The notes: generated by a model not told the origin, from the letters alone. A stretch of 63,986 nucleotides of DNA, filler included, from Octopus bimaculoides (GCF_001194135.2; 8 parts of 8 records of this genome joined end to end with filler, not necessarily neighbours in it), one strand, 5' to 3'; numbered from the whole stretch's first letter, positions 53,494 to 63,986 are shown. A program made the numbers and translations.

Positions 53494-54336
53494 GAAAGCA
53501 CCACATAAGCAGAATAAAATTCAAATTATGCAATAAAAGCAGCTCTATAGTTGTTATGCATCAGCTTGCTAGTTCTGGTAGGGTTGGGCAAGCATAATGC
53601 CAGAGGATCATTGCAGTATAGGAAATAGAGAAATCCTCATCATTTAACATCTTCCTTCGATACTGGCTTGGGTTGGACAGTTTGGCAGAAGCTGGGAAAT
53701 CAGAACACTGCACCAAGCTCTACTGTTTTCTTCGGAATGGTTTCTATGGCTGGATGCCCTTCCTAGTGCCACCCACTTTACAGAGTGTACTGGGTGCTTT
53801 GTATGTGGCACCAACAGCAGTGAGGTTACCAAGTAACTTGCAAGACCAGTAGGACTAAGGGACATGGTTCTATGCCAGATGGTGAGAATAAATAGAGGGA
53901 CAGAAACAAGTGTCTTGCAGTAAGAGAAAAGGAGAGAGAGAGGAAAAAGAAAAAGAGAGGAGAGAGAGAGAGAGAGATAAGATAGTGAAAATGTGATCAA
54001 GTGCACACTCAAGTTACAGGGAGAAGCATTTAGTAAAATAGAACAGTAAAGTAGATAGGGTGAGTGGTTGGGTAAGTTCACGAGGTTGTGAAAAGAGAGT
54101 GGGAGATGAAGGAGAGATGGGAATGTTGTGAGTGAACACAGGTGGAAGTAGAGGGTGTTAAGAAGATATTGATGCGACAACCGAAAATACAATTAGCATC
54201 ATATCCCTATCTCCCGGGCTGGGTTTTGAACCCATACTCTGGTCAGTTGGGGACAATGGTATTTCCTTTGTCTCGTCGGCGACCACAGCTATTTTTAGCG
54301 TAGCTGCCCCCTTTCCGGTCACCGAAAGTTCAGCAG

Positions 54337-54436
54337 NNNNNNNNNNNNNNNNNNNNNNNNNNNNNNNNNNNNNNNNNNNNTTAATTAATTAANNNNNNNN
54401 NNNNNNNNNNNNNNNNNNNNNNNNNNNNNNNNNNNN
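54337..54436. other. Artificial scaffold-joining spacer
   Basis: 44N-TTAATTAATTAA(54381-54392)-44N. Confidence 0.95.
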
Positions 54437-54512
<76 letters not shown>

Positions 54513-54603
54513 CTGAAAGAGAAACAGAAGACAAGTTTGTTAAACGTATTACTACTGCTTGTAAGTTGTAAGTGCAGAGATAAACGAAAGAACGATTTGT
54601 GGA

Positions 54604-54676
54604 TGAACATTAAAAACTGTTTTAATGTTCAACTACAAGTTAATCTGGGATATCGTTTACGTCGACGATATCCCAG
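54604..54676. other. Pair of perfect 12-bp hairpins
   Basis: TGAACATTAAAA-ACTG-TTTTAATGTTCA (54604-54631) and CTGGGATATCGT-8 nt-ACGATATCCCAG (54645-54676). Confidence 0.85.
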
Positions 54677-55353
54677 CTTAGGTTGAATTCAAAGAGACAA
54701 GCTTTCAATATAGTTTGATATATCTTTTAAGAATATTATCTTGGCATGCAAATGAACTAGCACAAGAGAGAAGTTTACATTTAACTATTTTCTGCAGAAC
54801 AACATTCTCCAAAAATGCAAAAAATAAAGAAGGATGTGTCGGAAAAAAGAATTGGAAAATTTTCAGGAAACGAAACGAGAAATCCAGAAACCATACAGGG
54901 AAATGGACCAATATAAAATAAAGTTTGTGTGAAAAATTGCTAATGCTTTCATTTAAACAATATCTGATGATAATATTCCATTTTTGTTGCATTATTGCAA
55001 TCCTAAAACACTTATTCTCCAGGACATGAATTTGTTTAACTTTGAGCGACTTGCTTCTAATAAATAATGATTGAAATCCTACAGTGTATTAAAGTTACTG
55101 GATTAAGAAGGATTTGTACCAATACAATTTTGGTGAGCGATGCACTTTTGTAAAGTATTGCATCACACCCGAGAATCTATTCTCAATAAACCATATTGGC
55201 TGAACCATTATCCGGCCGGTGGTTCTCTGAGAGCGCATGTCATGTTTGCTTATATGAAACTGATGTAATGTGAATATCTGCCAATGTACATACATGCATA
55301 CATACATACATACATACATACATACATACATACATACATACATAATATACTAT

Positions 55354-55411
<58 letters not shown>

Positions 55412-56030
55412 NNNNNNNNNNNNNNNNNNNNNNNNNNNNNNNNNNNNNNNNNNNNNNNNNNNNNNNNNNNNNNNNNNNNNNNNNNNNNNNNNNNNNNNNN
55501 NNNNNNNNNNNNNNNNNNNNNNNNNNNNNNNNNNNNNNNNNNNNNNNNNNNNNNNNNNNNNNNNNNNNNNNNNNNNNNNNNNNNNNNNNNNNNNNNNNNN
55601 NNNNNNNNNNNNNNNNNNNNNNNNNNNNNNNNNNNNNNNNNNNNNNNNNNNNNNNNNNNNNNNNNNNNNNNNNNNNNNNNNNNNNNNNNNNNNNNNNNNN
55701 NNNNNNNNNNNNNNNNNNNNNNNNNNNNNNNNNNNNNNNNNNNNNNNNNNNNNNNNNNNNNNNNNNNNNNNNNNNNNNNNNNNNNNNNNNNNNNNNNNNN
55801 NNNNNATATGTATGTATGTGTGTGTTTGTGGGGGTGAGTATGTAGGTATATATATTGATGTATGTATGCATATATGTATATATATATATGTTCACGTGCA
55901 TTTCTCTCTCTTTCTCTCTACGTATGTATGTATATATATATATATATATATGGCACAACAAATTTTTAAAGCACCAAGATGAGGTAAAAAGGAAACAAGG
56001 TTGACGCTCGGGAAAATTGGAAGAAGTCGT

Positions 56031-56063
56031 GAATGTTTCGAGCAGACGCTCTTCTACGGAAAA
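56031..56063 (-). ncRNA. Degenerate hammerhead-like motif
   Basis: Reverse complement: CCGTAGA-A-GAGC-GTCT-GCTC-GAAAC-ATTC. Confidence 0.45.
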
Positions 56064-56694
56064 GATAAATGAGGAGAGGAAAAAACAATAGGGAGAAAAA
56101 GAACGAAGGAATCTCAATGAGACGGTCCGGTTGTGACTGTCTTGTTTTTTGCATGTATCAGACGACAATGACTAATGTAGTTCTATATGATTTAAGGGAA
56201 TGATGGGAAGAGATAAGATATTTGATAAATATCTGTTCTCATTAGACCATATAACCGCAATCTTATGTCTATCAGTTGTCCGCCTAGAAACATAAATTTA
56301 TAGCAAGTGGTATGAGTGTCTTCATCGCCAATGTATTTACATCATCCAAATTATCATGTCTTGTGTCTGTCAGTTAATAACGTTGTACATCTATCAAATA
56401 ACTGAAATAAAGATCACTATTGTGTTTCTTTAATATGTCGTCAGAATACATCTGTTCATACAATTTAAATCATTGTGTAAACCTTGTCCGAATACTCGAC
56501 ATTAAGAACAGCTTTTATTTTCCAATAAAACTGGTGTAGCTGATATTATTAGAGTTATTCCCTTGTTTGTTTTGTGTTAGATTTTTATCACTTTAGTAAA
56601 AGGCAAAACTTCCTCTGGGGAGTTTTGTCTTTCACTAAAGTGATAGTTACGAATGATTGAAGATTTTCAACTGACTATATTACAAATGTGACTC

Positions 56695-57116
56695 TTATAT
56701 TCTTTTCTACTCTAGGCACAACACCCGACATTTTTTGTGGGAAGGGGCCAGTCGATTAGATCAACCCCAGCATGCAAATGATTTTTAATTTATCGACCTC
56801 GAAAGGATGAAACACGAAGTCGATCTTGGCGGAATTTGAACTCAGAACGTAAAGATAGATGAAATACCGCTAAGCATTTCGCCCGGCGTGCTAACGTTTC
56901 CTATTTCTTTATTGCCCACAAGGGGCTAAACATAGAGGGGACAAACAAGGACAGATTATATCGACCCCAGTGCGTAACTGGTACTTATTTAATCGACGCC
57001 GAAAGGATGAAAAGCAAAGTCTACCTCGGTGGAATTTGAACTCAGAACGTAGCGGCAGACGAAATACCGCTAAGCATTTCACCCGGCGTGCTAATGTTTC
57101 TGCCAGCTCGCCGCCT
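56695..57116 (-). mobile_element. Two abutting SINE family B copies
   Basis: Copies at about 56695-56900 and 56901-57116 with different tails; further remnant at about 57240-57340. Confidence 0.88.
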
Positions 57117-57349
57117 TTATGTGACTCTTATATTGTATGTGAATTTCGTACGATCTACGCTTCCCTATTGCGTTTCTCCTCAGCCTTATTGCTGCATTTC
57201 ATAATCAACGTCACTACTTTCAGTCTATACCTATATATTTTATAGACCCTGAAAGAATGAAAGGCAAAGTCAACCGGAAGAAATGCCGCTAGATAATTTG
57301 TCCGGCGCAGTGATGATTTTACCTGCTCACAAACTTAGCGGTAATATTA

Positions 57350-58140
57350 AGGGGAAAGAAATACCTGTAAGAACTGCACAAAAATCAAATTCAAGCTAAC
57401 ATGGAGAAACAGAAATATCACCATGTAAAGTAATATGAGATTCCGTCCTGCACCGATGCTCTCCATCTCCTTGTGTGCATAAGAGAGATGGAATCTTACG
57501 GCAGAGATTGTTGTTGGCACTCCGTCGCTTACGACGTCGAGGGTTCCAGTTGATCTGATCAACGGAACAGCCTGCTCGTGAAATTAACGAGCAAGTGGCT
57601 GAGCACTCCACAGACACGTGTACCCTTAACGTAGTTCTCGGGGATATTCAGCGTGACACAGAGTGTGACAAGACTGGCCCTTTGAATTACAGGCACAGCA
57701 GAAACAGGAAGTAAGAGAGAGTTGTGGTGAAAGAGTGCAGCAGGGTTCGCCATCATCCCCTGCCGGAACCTGGTGGATCTTTTAGGTGTTTTCGCTCAAT
57801 AAACACTCACAACGCCCGGTCTGGGAATCGAAACCGCGATCCTCTGACCGCGAGTCCGCTGTCCTAACCACTGGGCCATTGCGCCTCCACACGGCAGAGA
57901 TACAAAGAAAGATATTGGAAATGATATGCTGCTGTAGCATCTTAGGCATCTCTTATTTGTACTATATTACTAATAAGCGGGATCACAAAACCATCAAACG
58001 TCTCAGAAATCCCATGAAGGCCTTTTCGCAGCAGAGAAGAAAAGAAATCTGAGAAAATATGGTCACGTGGCAAGATGCAATGGCTCATGCAAAAGGTCGT
58101 TCTTTGAGGAACAATTGAGGGCGAAGAAAGGGAGGCTAAC
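57350..58140 (+). mobile_element. Degenerate RTE LINE RT C-terminal region interrupted by a SINE
   Basis: KLTWRNRNIT...LTAEIQRKI...CSILGISYL...; SINE at 57509-57890 inserted with TSD inside it. Confidence 0.7.
57509..57890 (-). mobile_element. Full-length SINE, family A
   Basis: 11-bp TSD ACGGCAGAGAT (57498-57508, 57891-57901). Confidence 0.93.
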
Positions 58141-58836
58141 GTTTCTGATCCTGAAGGTCACGGTATAATTCTAAAAAAGCTATGGATACAAAACCTTTTA
58201 TTTACTATTGTGTGTGTACGTTTGTATTTGTCCTCAAACCAGCATCGTTTGACGATCAGTGTTGGTTTGTTTTCGCTCCCGCAACTTAGAGGTTCAGCAA
58301 AAGTGACCGACAGAATAAGCGCCTGATTTTTAAAAAAAGACAAATACCGGGTTCGATTTCTTTAACGAAAACTCTTGATGGCTGTACCCCAGAATGGCCA
58401 CAGTCCTACGACTGGAACAAATAAAAAGAAAAATAATATTTCTGAGGAATCAAAGCATAACGACAACAACAAAATACTGGAAGCAAAAACAGCAGAATAT
58501 TTTCCGAAGAAAAGCATGAGAAGTCAAATGCGCCTCGTTGGAATGTATTATTAATAATAAAAAATGGATTGTGAAGGAATATCGATTTTCCAAAACAAGA
58601 TGCAATAGCAAAAAGCTGAAAACCGGTGATATAAGAATCAGATTGGACTAGATTGGAAGTGATATTGAGTGGAATTTTTTTTACGCTTCGTTAAAGATTA
58701 CTTATAAAACAAAGATTGTTCGTATATGCATGGCTGTGTGGTTAGAAGCTCGCTTCGCAACCAGGTGGCTTGTGGTTAAGTTCCACTGCGCAGCATATTG
58801 GCTAAAGTGTCCTCCGCTAGTGGACACTTTATATAT

Positions 58837-59003
58837 AGGCGCAGGAGTGTCTGTGTATTAAGTAGCTTGCTTATCAACTACATGGCTCCGGGTTCAGTCC
58901 CACTGCGTGGCAATTTGGGCAAGTGTCTTCTGTTATAGCCTCGAGCCGACCAAAGCTTTGTGAGTGGATTTGGTAGACGAAAACTGAAAGAAGCCGGTCG
59001 TAT
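58837..59003 (+). mobile_element. SINE family C head, preceded by an older head at about 58725-58820
   Basis: Homologous to 11563-11725. Confidence 0.85.
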
Positions 59004-59077
59004 ATATATATATATATATATATNNNNNNNNNNNNNNNNNNNNNNNNNNNNNNNNNNNNNNNNNNNNNNNNNNNNNN

Positions 59078-59140
<63 letters not shown>
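59078..59140 (+). repeat. (AAT)n microsatellite
   Basis: Direct reading. Confidence 0.97.
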
Positions 59141-59141
<1 letters not shown>

Positions 59142-59529
59142 AAATGATATATGAGCATATGCATGTATACATACATATATGTACATGCCTACATCTAGAT
59201 GTATATATAGATGCATATCCGGGTACAGGACGTCAAAAAAACGTGGACAAAAAAGGAACGGGAACATAAACAAAGCACAAAAAAAAACGGACTTTTTTAC
59301 GGACAACAGAATGAACACATAGGGAAGCAGACAAGCCACAATGAGGCAGAATGCGCTCTTAGAATAGCTCTTCCCGTGAAGTGGATTAACCTACTAAGCG
59401 GAGGATTCCAAAGTAGCAAACAAAAACCATAGATAGATAGATAGAGTGCGTATCAGAAATATAAAGTTAATGCACAAACATTATATATATGACAGACAAA
59501 CAGACAAACAGAGAGATAGATAGATAAAT

Positions 59530-59815
59530 GTATGAGTTCGTTTCTCGGACCGGGCTGTGTGTTGTGTTCTTCAGCAAGACACTTTATTTCACGTTGCTCC
59601 GGTTTACTCAGCTGTAGAAATGAGTTGCAACGTCACAGGTGCCAAGCTGTATCAGCCTTTACCTTTCCTTCGGAAAACGTCGATAGCGTGGAGAGGAGAT
59701 GCTGGTATGGGCGACTGCTGGCCTTCCATAAATAACCTTATCCGGACTTGTGTCTCAGAGGGAAACTTTTTAGATGCAGTCCCAGGATCATTCGTAACCG
59801 ATGCGAGTCTTTACT
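59530..59815 (+). mobile_element. SINE-like repeat with CORE-like segment (family E)
   Basis: cttcagcaagacactttatttcacgttgctcc...actcagctgtagaaatgagt; central motif shared with about 12260-12295. Confidence 0.65.
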
Positions 59816-59845
59816 ATACTTTACTAATCGATACTATACTATATA

Positions 59846-59945
59846 NNNNNNNNNNNNNNNNNNNNNNNNNNNNNNNNNNNNNNNNNNNNTTAATTAATTA
59901 ANNNNNNNNNNNNNNNNNNNNNNNNNNNNNNNNNNNNNNNNNNNN
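59846..59945. other. Artificial scaffold-joining spacer
   Basis: 44N-TTAATTAATTAA(59890-59901)-44N. Confidence 0.95.
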
Positions 59946-60109
59946 TCTTCTTCTTCACAACGAGCTGGAACCCACAAGAATAAACACGATAGACAGAGAC
60001 AGGCAAAAACAAGGAAAATGCCCCTTGTATTTGAATACTATGCAAATATTCTTTTAAAAGATTTTTCATTTAATTTTTCCAAAATTTAATTGTTTTCCAT
60101 ACTTAGAGT

Positions 60110-60420
60110 TGAAAATGTCTCAATGACTGAAACTGACAACAAGGTATGCTATAAGAAAATTCGATGGATATGATAGGTTAGCGTGGGAGGTTAAACAGTT
60201 GTGATCGATGAAAAAATGTGGTAGTACCAATAATTGTAGGTGCCCTGGCAACAGTGAGTAAAAGTCTTGAGAAGTATATGGAGCAAATAAAAGCTGAAAT
60301 AAAGGTGGAGCACTTGGAAAAATTAGCATTGCTTGGAAATGCTCGAATACTCCGGATGGTACTCGAAAAATAAGAGATGTTACCTTAGTTCACTGGTGGT
60401 GAAGTGCTGGCACTGTAACA
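60110..60420 (+). mobile_element. RLE-type non-LTR C-terminal fragment
   Basis: VVPIIVGALATVSKSLEKYMEQIKAEIKVEHLEKLALLGNARILRMVLEK*. Confidence 0.85.
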
Positions 60421-60429
60421 TGAAAGACC

Positions 60430-61255
60430 GAAAACATTTCACTCTATTCTGAAAGAGAGGAAAAAAATTCGCCACTGATCTCTTAGATACCTACCAGATT
60501 GATCAGGTTGAAGGAAATGCGCCAACTGCTGCTGCAAAGAAAATAAAATTAATTGCAAAGACAAAAACACATGAAAAATTAGCTAGCAGATGGGAACAGA
60601 AACCTCTGCATGGCAAGTATGTGGCTCGTAGCAAACAAACTGATGTCGACCAGAAACACACGCATCAATGGTTACGAATCTCAGGGCTAAAAGCACAGTG
60701 AAGGTTTCATATTAGCTGCTCAAGACCAAAGCTTATTCACCCGGAACTACCAAGCCAATGTGACAAAAAATTGAGCTGACCCACAATGCCGATTCTGTAG
60801 CGATGAGATTGAAACTATAGACCACCTAATTTCACATTGAAGAGTCTTAGCACCTGTAGAATATAAAGCAAGACATGACAGAGTCGGACAGTATTTACAT
60901 TATAAAATCAAAACCGCTGACAAATGGTATAAACACCATCCTGAAGCTGTGACTGAGGAAGAAAATGTGTCGATTCTCTGGGACTTCCCCGTACATACCG
61001 ACAAAACTATAAAAGCTGATAAACCGGATATTATTATAAAAGATCAGACAAAATATGTGTCTATTAATTGACATGAGTATTCCTTGCCATCACAATATAG
61101 CGGCGAAACAATTTGACAAGATCAGTAAATATAAAGACTTGCTAATAGAAATTGAAAAAATGTGGCATCTCTAGGAATGATAAAAAAAGTTACTGAAACC
61201 TATTTGAAAATGCTACCAGGACTACCATCCCTACAGGAAGTGCAAAAAATCGTGT
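60430..61255 (+). mobile_element. RLE-type non-LTR fragment (second subfamily), zinc knuckle plus RLE
   Basis: WEQKPLHGKY, EGFILAAQDQSL, CRFCSDEIETIDHLI, RHDRVGQYLH, ILWDFPVHTDKTIKADKPDIIIKD. Confidence 0.92.
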
Positions 61256-61355
61256 NNNNNNNNNNNNNNNNNNNNNNNNNNNNNNNNNNNNNNNNNNNNT
61301 TAATTAATTAANNNNNNNNNNNNNNNNNNNNNNNNNNNNNNNNNNNNNNNNNNNN
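61256..61355. other. Artificial scaffold-joining spacer
   Basis: 44N-TTAATTAATTAA(61300-61311)-44N. Confidence 0.95.
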
Positions 61356-62129
61356 TATATATATATATATATATATATATTTGTGAGTGTGTGTTTGCGC
61401 ACACAAAGGGTGCCATTTTTACTACTTACATCAGACCAAATGAGGGTTTAAAACTAAAATGTTATCTTTTCATTCCCAGTGAAACATTACATTCAGTAGC
61501 TGAACACATGTGAAAATGTGGAATGAAGAAACATATTTCTTATTTGTAGTGACAGGAAGAGCATCCCACTGTAAAAGTACTGCCTCAAATAAGAACCTGT
61601 CTAATTTATGCCAGCATAGACAAATGGACATAAAATGAACAATGCAAAGATGAGAGAGGCAGCTAACAACAAGAATAGATGTTTTGTACTCCTTTATTAA
61701 GTAAGTCCTGTTCTAATTTGAAATCCTGCTGAAATTATCTTATCTTCCATTTTTCACCAAGATGAATAAAATATATATCAGTATGTACTTAAATCTATTC
61801 AAGTATACTTATTTTTTACAAAATATTAGTCTTATGCCTAATCAAAATATATCATTTTAAATAAATATGTCCTTTTATGTCGATGAAAGAAAAAGAAAAT
61901 CAACTTGAGTATTGGAGCAGAAAGATACTGGTCTCTGTTACAAACAGTTTCCATTTAGCAAATTCACTCACAAGGAAATGAAAGCACTAGAAGACATTTG
62001 CCCAAACTGCTACATAATGGGACTGAACTGAGAAGCTGTGGTTGCAAAACAAGCTTTCTAGCCACACAGCAGGGTTTTATATATATATATATGTAAATAT
62101 GCTTATGCCAACATTAATTCAAAACTTAC

Positions 62130-62297
62130 CTATAATTCTTGAAGATTCAGTATTTGCGTTGTTAGAAGATGTACATAATTTCTTGTGAAGAGGCCATGCA
62201 GATTTTTGACAAGATTTTGAGCAGTATTTTGCATTTTTGCATTGGCTACATCTCTTTAAATGTGCATTAAAATTACCACAGCTGTCACATATTCCAA
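62130..62297 (-). CDS. Internal exon encoding a complete MYND-type zinc finger (host gene unidentified)
   Basis: Manual translation: (V)[55 protein letters not shown], matching the MYND pattern CxxC...CxxC...YCS..CQ..W..HK..C. Strong donor G|GTAAGT at 62130; weaker AAG acceptor; 168 nt, symmetric phase 1. Confidence 0.88.
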
Positions 62298-62648
62298 CTT
62301 CATAATCAAATTATTAAATACATGTAAATAAAAGAAATATATCAACATATAAATTGTATTTAAAAAACAAAAAAGTTGATTTATAAACAGGAAAACAAAG
62401 TCAAAATATTTACATAGAAAATGGAAGCGTAGCTACATATTTCGCACAGCCTACTTGGCATCAGTAAGTCGACAGTGACTTATTTGACATCAGGTGTTTC
62501 ACTTGGTCTCTCTTTGTTTATGTGTGTGAGCAGAGTACTTTTTATGCATGTGAGGAGAGGAGCAATTAATACATTTTAATCTCTTTCTCATTCTGTTTAT
62601 CTGTATATGTACATTTCTGTGCAAGCATGGATGTGTGTGTGTGTGTGT

Positions 62649-62748
62649 NNNNNNNNNNNNNNNNNNNNNNNNNNNNNNNNNNNNNNNNNNNNTTAATTAA
62701 TTAANNNNNNNNNNNNNNNNNNNNNNNNNNNNNNNNNNNNNNNNNNNN
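62649..62748. other. Artificial scaffold-joining spacer
   Basis: 44N-TTAATTAATTAA(62693-62704)-44N. Confidence 0.95.
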
Positions 62749-62934
62749 TATATATATATATGCATGCTTGTGTACATATATTATATAGTGCGGTTGTATG
62801 TCGTTGGTTGGTTACCATGAAAGGAAATGATTTGACAATTTCTTTTGTCCGTCATTTTAAACCCAAAACAATCATATCAGATGTTGATAATTCTTTATGT
62901 TGTTTTTAATGCGGTCCGCGCTATTGATTTGTCT

Positions 62935-63180
62935 ATAAATCATTATCATTGTCGTCATCGTCATCGGCGTCATCGCCATCAGCGTCATCGTGGACGTCAC
63001 CATCATCACCTTCGTAATCCTCATCATCAGCCCCGTCCGTCATTTCATCGTCGTCGTTATCGTCATCGGCGTCGACTCCGTATTCATCATCGTCGTCGTC
63101 GTCGTCGTAGTAGTAGTAGTAGTAGTAGTAGCAGCACCACCACCACCACCAGTTGCAGCAGCACTACCAGCAGCGGCACC
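62935..63180 (+). repeat. Mixed (CAT/CGT/TAG/CAC)n trinucleotide tract
   Basis: Direct reading; source of the poly-His/Arg/Val ORFs. Confidence 0.92.
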
Positions 63181-63494
63181 ACAGCTGTTAAACACCAAGT
63201 TTTATCTGTAGATGTATAACAATGAGAATAAATATCAATGGCGGTGTTTCGTAATGCAGCCATTTAAATATACAAGTATAGTTATATTAGGGGTCGCCTA
63301 ACGAAATCCCTCGTCCCTGCAAGTTATTAATGGGTTTGATGTTCGAACCGCTGGGTATATTTTCTGCAAATGAAATAGCAGAATACTATTGTGTGTATGG
63401 GATATTATTATGTGTATGAAAGACAAAGCTAATCTCGGCGGAATTTGAACTCAGAACGTAAAGACAGACGAAATACCAGCTCCACACCTTAAGT

Positions 63495-63615
63495 TATTTG
63501 ATATTCGACTCAACATATGACCCTCTCCGATTCACACATTTATTGCAGTGGTCCTTCAGCTTTTCTAAGTCCTGTAAAATAAATCGGAAGGTTGAGCCTC
63601 CAGCCAGGCCTTTTG
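63495..63615 (-). mobile_element. Mariner transposase C-terminal fragment
   Basis: KAWLEAQPS...LEKLKDHCNKCVNRRGSYVE (frameshifted) matches the mariner ..RW.KC....G.YVE tail. Confidence 0.6.
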
Positions 63616-63839
63616 AAATATCTATAAATTTAGCAACTGTATATAAAGCTATATAAGAAGACGTAAGCAAACTCACCCCTGTTGTCAAGTGAAGGGGCCC
63701 ACACAGACAAAAAGCCACACAAACGCACACATGTATGTGTATATATACACATACATCTTCCGGTCTTTTCATAATGTAACCTCGTGGGCATCGGTACCAT
63801 TTTCCTCTTTCTCCGTTCTTCCATTCTCCGAACTTTCCA

Positions 63840-63871
63840 TCTTTCCGACGAAGGGCTACGCCCGAAACGTC
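63840..63871 (+). ncRNA. Minimal hammerhead-ribozyme-like motif
   Basis: TCTTT-CCGACGA-A-GGGC-TAC-GCCC-GAAAC-GTC. Confidence 0.6.
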
Positions 63872-63986
63872 ATACACTCTCTCTTTCCTTCGTGAGCGTC
63901 CAATAATACTATCCATATCACGTCCTCACTTTGTTGTTTTTTTGTTTCTTTGTTATTGTTTTTTTGAACTATATATATATATATAT

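Noticed and set aside
53644-54192. 182-aa minus-strand ORF
   Set aside because: Built from a repeat tail, a GA-rich tract and probable eroded LINE sequence
56200-56600. Protein-like minus-strand stretch (LYEQMYSDDILKKHNSDLYFSYLIDVQRY...)
   Set aside because: Multiple stops and no recognisable family without a database search
58400-58720. Possible RTE APE-endonuclease remnant; similar faint CR1-like traces at about 6240-6480, 9150-9350 and 19870-20030
   Set aside because: Too eroded to support by eye
1141-59176. Numerous YI/HT/CV/LS-repeat and X-containing ORFs in the ORF track
   Set aside because: Translations of (TA)n, (CA)n and (GA)n microsatellites and N gaps
29608-62704. Repeated TTAATTAATTAA as a biological repeat or CRISPR-like array
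   Set aside because: Always centred in exactly 44+44 N; an assembly linker
62845-63219. His/Arg-rich 124-aa ORF
   Set aside because: Mixed trinucleotide microsatellite; several frames are equally open

Overview
AT-rich (TA/CA/GA microsatellite-laden), repeat-dominated eukaryotic DNA. The SINE, RTE and R4/Dong-like repeat landscape points to an octopod cephalopod (inference). The window is not one locus: seven identical 100-bp spacers (44 N + TTAATTAATTAA + 44 N) join eight independent scaffolds (1-29563, 29664-36196, 36297-41787, 41888-54336, 54437-59845, 59946-61255, 61356-62648, 62749-63986). Mobile content includes several tRNA-derived SINE families (five copies with clear TSDs), many fragments of RLE-type (R4/Dong-like) non-LTR elements beside (TAA)n, RTE LINE fragments, Penelope-like fragments, three large and two small mariner relics, a compact Merlin element with 37-bp TIRs and an 8-bp TSD, and a long-TIR MITE. 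Host-gene signal is sparse: one clear MYND zinc-finger exon missed by the ORF track (62130-62297, minus), a well-bounded 195-nt exon (50503-50697, plus), a probable gene 5' end (41908-42230, minus) and weaker candidates. The most interesting signal is a dispersed hammerhead-ribozyme-like motif with non-canonical cores and covarying stem II, found four times, each ~70-135 nt from a (TA)n tract. No rRNA, bona fide tRNA gene or CRISPR array is supported. Almost all ORF-track entries are microsatellite, low-complexity or N-gap artefacts.
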